Part shown: positions 9,230-17,500 of the stretch, piece after piece
How positions within the stretch are numbered: the first letter of the stretch is position 1
How the letters are laid out: every line of letters begins with the position of its first letter
NCBI GenBank assembly: GCA_041569895.1
Contig: JBFFXF010000001.1
Coordinates: 1,043 to 65,042 of the forward strand
DNA from: Planctomycetota bacterium
GTDB taxonomy: Bacteria; Planctomycetota; UBA8108; JACQVS01
DNA: 64,000 bases
Direction of reading: 5' to 3'
The notes under the pieces: generated by a model
What the model was told of the DNA's origin: nothing
Databases searched by the model: none
What the model saw: only the letters and a program-made list of their open reading frames with translations
Translations under genes and position numbers: made by a program

Positions 9230-12200
9230 TGGACCGCCGCGAGCGTCACCAGCAGGTGCGCCGGCTCTTCCTGGAGGTCTGCGACCGTCCGCCGGAAGAA
9301 CGGCGGTCGTACCTCGAGGAGGCGTGCGACGGCGACCGGGAGCTGATCGACGAGGTCGAGCGGCTGATCGAGCACGACTCGCGCTCGCAGGAGCTGGTCG
9401 ACGAGTCGCAGCTCGAGAAGCGCGCCGACTGGCTCGTCGGCCACCTCGGCGAGGGTGAGGGTGACGGCGAGGGTGACGGCGAGGGTGACGCCGGGGGTGA
9501 CACCGAGGGTTTCGAGGAGACGCTTCCGGAGCGCATCGGGCGCTATCGCGTCGTCGGCGTCCTCGGCCGCGGAGGCATGGGCATCGTCTACGAGGCGGAG
9601 CAGGATGAGCCCCGCCGTCAGGTGGCGCTCAAGGTGATCAACCCCGGTCTCGCCTCGGGCCGCGCTCTCGACCGTTTCCGCCACGAGGCCGAGATCCTCG
9701 GCAAGCTCGAGCACGCGGGAATCGCGCGGATCTACGAGGCCGGCACGGACCGGCGCGGCGGCGCGGTGACGCCGTTCTTCGCCATGGAGCGCATCGCCGG
9801 CAAGCCGATCCTGCAGTTCGCCACCGAGCGTGATCTTTCCGTGCGCGAGCGTGTCGAGCTGATCGCCAGGACGTGTGACGCGCTCGACTACGCGCACTCG
9901 AGGGGCATCGTCCACCGCGACCTGAAGCCCGGGAACATCCTGGTCGACGAGACGTCGTCCGTGCCGCAGCCGAAGATCCTCGACTTCGGCATCGCGCGAA
10001 TCATCGACGTGGACGCCCAGACGGTGACGATGCAGACCGGAACCGGTCAGCTGATCGGCACCGTTCCGTACATGAGCCCCGAGCAGGCCGCCGCGACCGG
10101 TCAGGTCGACGCGCGGAGCGACGTCTACTCGCTCGGCGTCGTGCTCTACGAGCTGCTCGCCGGACGGCTTCCGCTCGACCCCCGCGGCAAGGCGATCCAC
10201 GAGGCGGTTCGCGTGGTCCAGAAGATCGACCCGCCGTCGCTCGGGTCGATCGACACCCGGCTGCGCGGTGACCTCGAGACCATCGTCGCCAAGGCGCTCG
10301 CCAAGGAGCCGCCACGGCGCTACGCGTCCGCCGCCGACCTCGGGGCCGACCTGCGCCGCTACCTCGACGACCAGCCGATCCTGGCGCGTCCGCCGACGAC
10401 CTTCTATCAGCTGTGGAAGTTCGCGCGGCGCAACAAGCCGCTCGTCGCCGGTGTCGTGGTGGCGTTCGTCGCCATGCTCGCGGCGACGATCGTCTCGCTG
10501 CGCCAGGCGAGCATCGCGCTGGATCGAGAGCGCATCGCGCTCCTGCACGCGTACCGCGCCAGCCTCGCCGCCGCGGCGACCGCCGTGCGCGATCGCGACC
10601 CGCTCGCTCACCAGGAAGAGCTCGAGTCGTCGGCGGAGCGGCTGCGCAACTGGGAGTGGCAGTACTGGAAGAGCCGCATCGACAGGAGCTCCGCGGTCAT
10701 CGAGACGGGCGAGCGGATCGTCAATGCGACCTTCTCCGGCGCCGGTGACCGTGTCGTCCTCGTGCGGGGCGACGGCGTCATCGAGACCTGGCGCCCGGAT
10801 CTCTGCACACGGTCGGCCTCGGTTCCGACCGACGCGCGGGTCGTCCACGAGGCCGCCTTCGACCGCGACGTGACGCGCATCGCGTGTGTCACCGGCGCGG
10901 CGCGGGACGAGATCGGGCTCTGGGACGTCTCCTCCGGCGAGCGTCGCGGCGCGATCCGACTCTCCGCGAGCTGTCACAGCCTGCGCTTCTCTCGCGATGC
11001 GCGCTGGATCGTCGGCGCCGGCATCGAACGCGTCGCGTGGATCTGGGACGGCTCGAGCGCCGAGCCGTTGACGGTCGCCAGAAAGGAGCTCGGCAGGGTC
11101 TCGATTCCACGGCCGATCGCGTTCGTGCAGTCGGCCGGCGACGTGGTCATCGGGGGAAGAAGCGGCCTTCTCCACCAGCTCGATCTGCCCACGGGGGAGA
11201 CTGTGAGGCGCGTCAACCTCGACACGCCGGACATCCTGTGCATGGCCTTTTCCTCCGACGACGGCGTGTTCGTCTTCGGCGAGGCGAGCAACAAGGCGTA
11301 CATCTGCGACGCGGTGAACGAATCGGTGAACTGGATCCTCAGGGGGCACAGGGCGCCGATCCGGGCGCTGGCTCTCAGTCGCGACGACGCGCTCCTCGTC
11401 ACGGCCGCCGACAGGACCGTGCGGCTCTGGGACGTCGCCACGGGCGGATCTCTCGCGACCTTCACCGGTCACACGGACGAGCTCTCCGGTGTCGTCATCT
11501 CTCCGGGCGGAGAGAGGATTCTCTCCCGCGCGCTCGACGGCACCGTGCGCGTCTGGGAACCACGGAGCGAGATCGACGTGACGCTCGGGCTCATCGAGGG
11601 CTCGCATCCTCGCGCCGCGCGCCTCACGCCCGACGGACGGCTGCTGCTGGTCGCCGTGTTTCATCGACGCGTCGAGCTCTGGGACCCGCGCACCGCCGAG
11701 CAGATCGTCGCGCACGAGAGCACGCTGTCGCCGAGGCTCACGGACCTCGTGGTCTCGCCGCGCGATGGGAGGCACGTCGCGTTCGCGTCGAGCGCCGGCG
11801 AGATCGAGCTCCGCGAGGTGCTGTCGTGGCGGCGAGTCGCCGCGGCGCGCCATCCGAGCAGGCGCGAGATCGAGCTTGCCTTCAGTCCCTCGGGAGAACA
11901 ACTTGCCTCGACCTCGGCGGACGGTTCGGTGTCGGTCTGGTCGGTCCCCGGCCTCGAGGAGATCGCGTCACGGACGCCGGGCAAGTCGACGCCCTCCGCG
12001 GGGCTCGCTTTCGGTCCCCGGGGGCGAATCGCCACCGGCGTCGGCGCGGACGTCTGGCTCTCCGACGCCGGGACGCTCGACACACGGGTGCTCGCGGTCG
12101 GTTCCGCTGCCGTGACCTGCGTGGCCTGGGACCGCGCCGGCGAGCGGCTCGCGGTGGGGGATGCGGATGGGGCCGTGCACATCCGGCGGCGCGACGGCCG

Positions 12201-12630
12201 GCTCCTCGGCACCCTCCGCGGCCACTCCGAGGCCGTCACGCGTGTCACCTTCTCACCCGACGGGAGCCGCGTCGCCTCCGGAGCCGAGGACACGACGGTC
12301 AGGGTGTGGGACTCGACCGCGTTTCACGAGGTGACGAGGCTGAGCGAGCAGGGGGCGAGGATCCACGACCTCGAGTTCGATTCGCGGGGCACCATGCTCG
12401 TGAGCGCGTCGAACGACGGGTCGATCCGGTTCTTCGACATCGAGCCCGACTGGAAGCGACTGGTGCGACACCGGCGCATCGCCGCGAGAGCCGACGACGC
12501 GCGAAAGGCGGTGGACGCCGTCCTCGAGACCACGGACGACCACGCGCTCGCCCTCGAGCGACTCCGCGCCGAGATCGACGGCGACGACGTTCTGCTCGAT
12601 GCGGCGATCCGGGAGTTGATCCGGCGGTGA
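9229..12630 (+). CDS. Ser/Thr protein kinase with one TM helix and C-terminal extracytoplasmic WD40 beta-propeller
   Basis: GRGGMGIVYEA, HRDLKPGNIL, DFGIAR and SPEQ motifs. TM helix LVAGVVVAFVAMLAATIVSL. At least 7 WD40-like blades (e.g. RLWDV, RVWD). In-frame 12-bp GEGD repeat at 9450-9512. Confidence 0.9.
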   Translation: MDRRERHQQVRRLFLEVCDRPPEERRSYLEEACDGDRELIDEVERLIEHDSRSQELVDESQLEKRADWLVGHLGEGEGDGEGDGEGDAGGDTEGFEETLPERIGRYRVVGVLGRGGMGIVYEAEQDEPRRQVALKVINPGLASGRALDRFRHEAEILGKLEHAGIARIYEAGTDRRGGAVTPFFAMERIAGKPILQFATERDLSVRERVELIARTCDALDYAHSRGIVHRDLKPGNILVDETSSVPQPKILDFGIARIIDVDAQTVTMQTGTGQLIGTVPYMSPEQAAATGQVDARSDVYSLGVVLYELLAGRLPLDPRGKAIHEAVRVVQKIDPPSLGSIDTRLRGDLETIVAKALAKEPPRRYASAADLGADLRRYLDDQPILARPPTTFYQLWKFARRNKPLVAGVVVAFVAMLAATIVSLRQASIALDRERIALLHAYRASLAAAATAVRDRDPLAHQEELESSAERLRNWEWQYWKSRIDRSSAVIETGERIVNATFSGAGDRVVLVRGDGVIETWRPDLCTRSASVPTDARVVHEAAFDRDVTRIACVTGAARDEIGLWDVSSGERRGAIRLSASCHSLRFSRDARWIVGAGIERVAWIWDGSSAEPLTVARKELGRVSIPRPIAFVQSAGDVVIGGRSGLLHQLDLPTGETVRRVNLDTPDILCMAFSSDDGVFVFGEASNKAYICDAVNESVNWILRGHRAPIRALALSRDDALLVTAADRTVRLWDVATGGSLATFTGHTDELSGVVISPGGERILSRALDGTVRVWEPRSEIDVTLGLIEGSHPRAARLTPDGRLLLVAVFHRRVELWDPRTAEQIVAHESTLSPRLTDLVVSPRDGRHVAFASSAGEIELREVLSWRRVAAARHPSRREIELAFSPSGEQLASTSADGSVSVWSVPGLEEIASRTPGKSTPSAGLAFGPRGRIATGVGADVWLSDAGTLDTRVLAVGSAAVTCVAWDRAGERLAVGDADGAVHIRRRDGRLLGTLRGHSEAVTRVTFSPDGSRVASGAEDTTVRVWDSTAFHEVTRLSEQGARIHDLEFDSRGTMLVSASNDGSIRFFDIEPDWKRLVRHRRIAARADDARKAVDAVLETTDDHALALERLRAEIDGDDVLLDAAIRELIRR

Positions 12631-12644
12631 GCCGAGGGAGCGAG

Positions 12645-13060
12645 ACCCGTGCCCGAAAGGCTGCTCGAATAGCGGAGGTTTGCTGTCAGACGATTCATAA
12701 GGAAGGCAGGAAACTCAGGAAGGCAGGAAACGGAAGGATTGATGGGGTCGAGCTTCGTGAGCCTCACTCGCTCCTCGAACGGAGTCGAGAGGTCGGGTCA
12801 TTTGCTGATTCCACTGCGAACACAAAGAAACTCCTCTGTGCGTCTCTGTGCTCTCACGCGGTGCTGCGCTCGCGCAGCGCCGCTGTGGTTCAAATCGTAA
12901 CCGACCCTCGCTTCTCGATGATGTCTTCGAGATCGACAGAGCTCACAAGGCACGACCAGACTCGTTTCCTGCCTTCCTCTTCTTCCTGCCTTCCTTATAA
13001 ACGCGTCGCAGAGTCTCGCGGGCGGAGTCGAGCACCCTTTTCGGGCACGGGCCGGGACCG
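12645..13060. repeat. nested inverted-repeat (MITE-like or structured) element in the STK / tex convergent spacer
   Basis: Outer inverted repeat cccgtgcccgaaagg (12651-12666) vs ccttttcgggcacggg (13038-13055). Inner inverted repeat (ggaaggcaggaaa)x2 (12700-12735) vs tttcctgccttcc x2 (12962-12996). Internal palindrome gcggtgctgcgctcgcgcagcgccgc. First ~85 bp recur at 42770-42860. Confidence 0.6.
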
Positions 13061-13072
13061 GGGACGGAGGGT

Positions 13073-15559
13073 TTACCAGCGGCGCTTGAACTTGTCGAGC
13101 AGGTCGTGGAGGTCCTTCTCCGTGACCGGGCCGCTGTCGCGGCGGTCCTCGCGTGGCTTGCGGGGCGGACGGGATCGGCGCAGCTCGTCCCGCGTGCCGC
13201 GTTGCCCGCGCTCGCCGCCGTTCTGTCGCCGCTTTCCCTGCGCCTGGCCTCGCTTCTTGCGGCGCCCGCGCTCGTGTCGGGGCTTCGGCTGGAGCGCCTT
13301 CATCGAGAGCGTGATGCGCTCGCGCTCGCGGTCGACCTCGACGACCTTGACCTTGACCACCTGGCCGACGTGGATCACCTCGCGCGGGTCCTGCACCCAT
13401 CGGTGCGAGAGCTCCGAGAGGTGCACGAGACCGTCTCGCTTGACGCCGATGTCGACGAACGCGCCGAAGTTGGTGACGTTCGACACGCGTCCCTCGAGGA
13501 CCATCTCGGGCTGGACGTCCTCGATCGACTGCACGTCGTCGCGCCACTTCGGCGTCGCGAACTTTGGTCGCGGGTCGCGGCCGGGGCGCTCGAGCTCGGC
13601 GCGGATGTCGCGAAGGGTGAACTCTCCGATGCCCTGCTCGACGTCGACGAACTTGCTGAAGTCGACGCGCGAGACGAGCTCCGGCTCGCCGATCAGCTTG
13701 CCGATGTCGACTCCGAGCTCCCCCGCCATCGCCTCGACGAGCTCGTAGCGCTCCGGGTGGATCGCGGTGCCGTCGAGCGATGGCTGGTCGCCGCGGATGC
13801 GCAGGAAGCCCGCGGACTGCTCGAACGTTCGCGGACCGAAACCGCTCACCCCGAGCAGGTCCTGGCGAGAGCCGAAGCGGCCGTGCTCGTCACGGAAGGC
13901 GACGACGCTCCGGGCGAGGCGCTCGGAGAGACCCGACACGCGTCGCAGGAGCGCCACGGACGCGGTGTTCAGCTCGACACCGACACTGTTGACGACGGAC
14001 TCGACGGCGAAGTCCAGCTCGCTCGCGAGCTGCTTCTGGTTGACGTCGTGCTGGTACTGTCCGACACCGAGCGACTTCGGCGTGATCTTCACCAGCTCGG
14101 CGAGCGGGTCCTGCAGCCGGCGCGCGATCGAGACCGCCCCGCGATGCGCGACGTCCAGCTCCGGCAGCTCCTCCCGCGCGAGCGGCGACGCGGAGTACAC
14201 CGAGGCGCCGGTCTCCGGAACGATGGTGACGATCACCCCGGACAGCGCCTCGCCGCCGTGGTCGCGGATCGCCGCGCGGGCGAATGTCTCGGTCTCGCGG
14301 CTGCCGGTGCCGTTGCCGACGGCGATCGCGCTGACCTGGTGCTTGCGAGTGAGCTCGACGATGGTCGCCGCGGCCTCCTCCGGTCTCGCCTCCGGCGGCG
14401 TCGGAAAGATCGTCGACGTCGCCAGGACCTTGCCAGTGCCGTCGACCACCGCGATCTTGCACCCCGTGCGATATCCCGGGTCGATGCCCATGACGTGAAG
14501 CTGGCCGAGCGGTGGCTGCAGCAGAAGCGCCTCGAGGTTGGCGCGGAAGACGCGGATCGCCTCGCCCTCGGCCTGCTCGCGCGCGGAGGCGCGGATCTCG
14601 TTGGTGATCGAGGGGCGTAGCAGCCTGCGGTACCCGTCGCGCGTCGCGTCGGCGACCTCCTTGCCGCACGGCGAATCGATCGATACGCCCCAGCTGCGGA
14701 CGAGGCGGTCGATCTCGCGCTCGTCGTCGATCTCGAGTGTCACCAGAAGGACTCCCGCGCGCTCTCCCCGGAAGATGGCGAGCCGCCGGTGCGACGGCGC
14801 GCGGGCGAGCGGCTCCCGGTGATCGAAGTAGTCGCGATAGACGGAGCCCTTTTCCTCCTTGCCGGTGACCACCTTGACGGCCAGCCGGGCCTCGGCGGCC
14901 ATGACGCCGCGCAGGTGCGCGCGATGCCCGGCGTCGTCGGCGACACGCTCCGCGAGGATGTCACGCGCGCCTGCGATCGCGTCCGCCGCGGTGGCGACGC
15001 CCTTCTCGGCGTCGACGAACTCGGCGGCGAGCTCCTCCGGCGTGATCGTCTCACCCGCGCGCGCCAGGAGGGCGTCCGCGAGCGGCTCCAGCCCTTTCTC
15101 ACGCGCGTCGCGCGCCCGGGATTTCTTCTTCCTGCGGTAGGGCTGGTAGAGATCCTCGAGCGCCTGCTTCGTGGTCGCCGCGTGGATGGCACGCTCGAGC
15201 TCCTCGGTGAGCTGGCCCTGGTCCGAGATGCTCGCGAGGATCACGTCGCGTCTGGCGGCCAGCTCGAGGAAGTACGCCCTGCGCTTGTAGATGGTCTCGA
15301 GCTGCTCGTCGAGCAGGCCGCCGGTCGCCTCCTTGCGGTAGCGGGCGACGAAGGGGACGGTGCATTCGTCCGCGAACAGCGCGTCCGCCGCCTGCACCTG
15401 CTGCTTTCGCAGACCGAGCTCGCCGGCGATGGCGCCGACGAACCGGTCCTCGAGACGCGGCGCCTCGAGACGCGGTGCATCAAGACGCGATGCATCAGGA
15501 CGCGAAGCATCAGGACGCGAAGCATCGGGACGCGATGCGGTCTCCGTCTCAGTCGACAT
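13073..15559 (-). CDS. tex: transcription accessory protein Tex (YqgF/RNase H-like, HhH and S1 domains)
   Basis: VPFVARYRKE N-terminus, YqgF region (HVMGIDPGYRTGCKIAVVD), S1 domain (EGRVSNVTNFGAFVDIG), basic C-terminal tail. Confidence 0.9.
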   Translation of the reverse strand: MSTETETASRPDASRPDASRPDASRLDAPRLEAPRLEDRFVGAIAGELGLRKQQVQAADALFADECTVPFVARYRKEATGGLLDEQLETIYKRRAYFLELAARRDVILASISDQGQLTEELERAIHAATTKQALEDLYQPYRRKKKSRARDAREKGLEPLADALLARAGETITPEELAAEFVDAEKGVATAADAIAGARDILAERVADDAGHRAHLRGVMAAEARLAVKVVTGKEEKGSVYRDYFDHREPLARAPSHRRLAIFRGERAGVLLVTLEIDDEREIDRLVRSWGVSIDSPCGKEVADATRDGYRRLLRPSITNEIRASAREQAEGEAIRVFRANLEALLLQPPLGQLHVMGIDPGYRTGCKIAVVDGTGKVLATSTIFPTPPEARPEEAAATIVELTRKHQVSAIAVGNGTGSRETETFARAAIRDHGGEALSGVIVTIVPETGASVYSASPLAREELPELDVAHRGAVSIARRLQDPLAELVKITPKSLGVGQYQHDVNQKQLASELDFAVESVVNSVGVELNTASVALLRRVSGLSERLARSVVAFRDEHGRFGSRQDLLGVSGFGPRTFEQSAGFLRIRGDQPSLDGTAIHPERYELVEAMAGELGVDIGKLIGEPELVSRVDFSKFVDVEQGIGEFTLRDIRAELERPGRDPRPKFATPKWRDDVQSIEDVQPEMVLEGRVSNVTNFGAFVDIGVKRDGLVHLSELSHRWVQDPREVIHVGQVVKVKVVEVDRERERITLSMKALQPKPRHERGRRKKRGQAQGKRRQNGGERGQRGTRDELRRSRPPRKPREDRRDSGPVTEKDLHDLLDKFKRRW
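15448..15538 (-). repeat. 15-bp tandem coding repeat (ASRPD/APRLE pentapeptides) at the tex N-terminus
   Basis: Direct reading of cgcgatgcatcaggacg-type units. Encodes SRPDASRPDASRPDASRLDAPRLEAPRLE. Confidence 0.75.
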
Positions 15560-15717
15560 CGAAACGGCGATTCAAGCGGCGCTTCGACCGCGGTTCATGC
15601 GGGTTCGCCTGCCTCACGTCAAGGGCCGAACCACGAAACGCCCTGCACCGGGGCGATCGGTCATCCTGCCAAGATTCTTGTAAAGGTCAAGGTCCGAAAT
15701 AAGATGGACCAGCGTCC

Positions 15718-16140
15718 ATGATCTCCCACATCGTCACCCTTGCACTCATCAATATCGCGCGAGCGATCGCCGGCTTCGCGCTCGGCGTGCTGCTCCTCTA
15801 CTCGAGCGACGCGTCGGGCTATGACGGCGAGCGCGCGAAGCGGATCGTCGAGGGTGACCTGACCGCGTTCCTGGTCATCGGCTGCGTCGTGATCGCGGTG
15901 TCCTGTCTCCGCCTCGTCCAGGGCGGGGCGTCCGTGCTCGACGTCTTTCGATCGCGACGCGCGCGCGGCGGGCGCCCGCCTCGATCGCAGCTCTCGCGGC
16001 GCCTCGGACTCGGACTGTCGATCCTCGACCTGGTCAACATCGTGCTCTTCCCGCTCTCGACCGCGTGCGGCGTCTACGGACTGATCGTCTGCCGCCACCC
16101 GGATACCATCGACTTCTACGAGGGGAGATTCTCTGCATGA
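15718..16140 (+). CDS. small hypothetical membrane protein (140 aa, 3-4 predicted TM helices)
   Basis: Hydrophobic segments. Stop TGA overlaps the ATG of the downstream gene (ATGA at 16137-16140), which suggests translational coupling. Confidence 0.45.
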   Translation: MISHIVTLALINIARAIAGFALGVLLLYSSDASGYDGERAKRIVEGDLTAFLVIGCVVIAVSCLRLVQGGASVLDVFRSRRARGGRPPRSQLSRRLGLGLSILDLVNIVLFPLSTACGVYGLIVCRHPDTIDFYEGRFSA

Positions 16141-17225
16141 AATCCCGATCGACGCCCGGCGGGACGCGTCCGCGGGCGGCGAGGACCATCGTCGCCGCCT
16201 CGGCGCTCGGTCTCGCCGTCGCCCTCGGCGTGTCGTGCGCCATGCTGACGTCCCTGGCCACCGGCCAGGAGAAGGACGAGCCGCCGCTCCGCTGGTTCAA
16301 GGGCAACACCCACACCCACACCTTGAACTCCGACGGCGACAGCCCACCTGGCGAGGTCGCCCACTGGTATCGGGATCACCGGTACGACTTCCTCATGCTC
16401 TCCGACCACAACTACTACACGGTGATCGACGAGCTCCAGCGCGAGCTCGACCGCGAGCACGAGCGCCTGGACAAGCACAGGCTGCTGCTGATCCCCGGCG
16501 AGGAGGTGACCGATCAGTTTGTCGAGGGCAAGCGCGGGTACGCGCTCCACGTCAACGGTATCGACACGAGCCGGGTCGTCGGCGCCCAGGGCGGTGATTC
16601 GGTCGTCGGCGTGTTGCAGCGCTGCATCGACGCGATCCACGCCGCGGGCGGTCTCCCGCACGTCAACCACCCGAACTTCCGCTGGTCCCTCACCGCGGAC
16701 GACATCTACTCTCTCGAGCGGCTGCAGCACTTCGAGATCTACAACGGTCACCCGCTCGTCCACAACCTCGGAGGCGGCGACCGGCCCAGCCTCGAGGAGA
16801 TGTGGGACGCGATCCTCTCACGCGGCCGCCAGATCTTCGGCGTCGCCGTCGACGACGCGCACGAGTTCCAGCGATTCGGTCCCGAGCGCTCGAACCCCGG
16901 CCGCGGCTGGGTGGTCGTCCGCGCTCGCCGCCTCGACCGCAAGACCATCGTCGGCGCGCTGAAGCGCGGCGACTTCTACTGCTCGACGGGCGTCGAGCTC
17001 GAGACGGTCGACGTCGACGCCGGCACCCTGAGCCTGCGCATCCGACGCGCGAACGACTCGCTCTACCGCACCGAGTTCATCGGCCGGAACGGCCGCGTCC
17101 TCGCCGTCGACACGACCCTCGAGCCGTCCTACACGCTCCGGGAGGGCGACCTCTACGTCCGGGCGCGGGTGCGCTCGAGCGGTGGGGGGATGGCGTGGAC
17201 GCAGGCGGTGTTCGCGGGGAGTTGA
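16137..17225 (+). CDS. secreted PHP-domain metal-dependent phosphoesterase
   Basis: Signal peptide with lipobox-like GVSC. PHP signature GNTHTHTLNSDGD (HxHTxxSDG). Additional His/Asp ligands (LSDHN, HVNHPN). Confidence 0.7.
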   Translation: MKSRSTPGGTRPRAARTIVAASALGLAVALGVSCAMLTSLATGQEKDEPPLRWFKGNTHTHTLNSDGDSPPGEVAHWYRDHRYDFLMLSDHNYYTVIDELQRELDREHERLDKHRLLLIPGEEVTDQFVEGKRGYALHVNGIDTSRVVGAQGGDSVVGVLQRCIDAIHAAGGLPHVNHPNFRWSLTADDIYSLERLQHFEIYNGHPLVHNLGGGDRPSLEEMWDAILSRGRQIFGVAVDDAHEFQRFGPERSNPGRGWVVVRARRLDRKTIVGALKRGDFYCSTGVELETVDVDAGTLSLRIRRANDSLYRTEFIGRNGRVLAVDTTLEPSYTLREGDLYVRARVRSSGGGMAWTQAVFAGS

Positions 17226-17500
17226 GCCCGCGGATACGGTTGGCGAGACGGAGGACGGAGACGGAGCACAGAGACCAGAGGACAGAGACCAGAACCCGCG
17301 GGTCGGAATCGGTCATCGGAATCGGAATCGGCGTCGGCATCGGACATCGGACATCGGAGTCGGTTCTCTGATATCGGCCTCGGTCATCGGCCTCGAACTC
17401 CCCCTACCCGGCCCGGACGTCGGCCACCACAGCGACTCCGAGAGTCTTCGGGCACGGGCACGGGCACGGGCACGGGCACGGGGACGGGGACGGTACGCCC
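17226..17500. repeat. composite intergenic hexamer-repeat element: GA-rich module, (GGAATC/GGACAT)n and (GGGCAC)n arrays
   Basis: Direct reading. Fills the convergent spacer between the PHP gene and the Kazal gene. Confidence 0.75.

Noticed and set aside
12870-12900. tRNA-like T-loop sequence TGGTTCAAATCG inside the inverted-repeat element
   Set aside because: Flanking sequence cannot form T-stem, acceptor stem or anticodon arm pairing; judged coincidental.
10884-13748. 954-aa plus-strand ORF spanning the STK-WD40 gene, the intergenic repeat element and part of tex
   Set aside because: Out-of-frame read-through of two real genes and an intergenic repeat; Arg-rich low-complexity translation.
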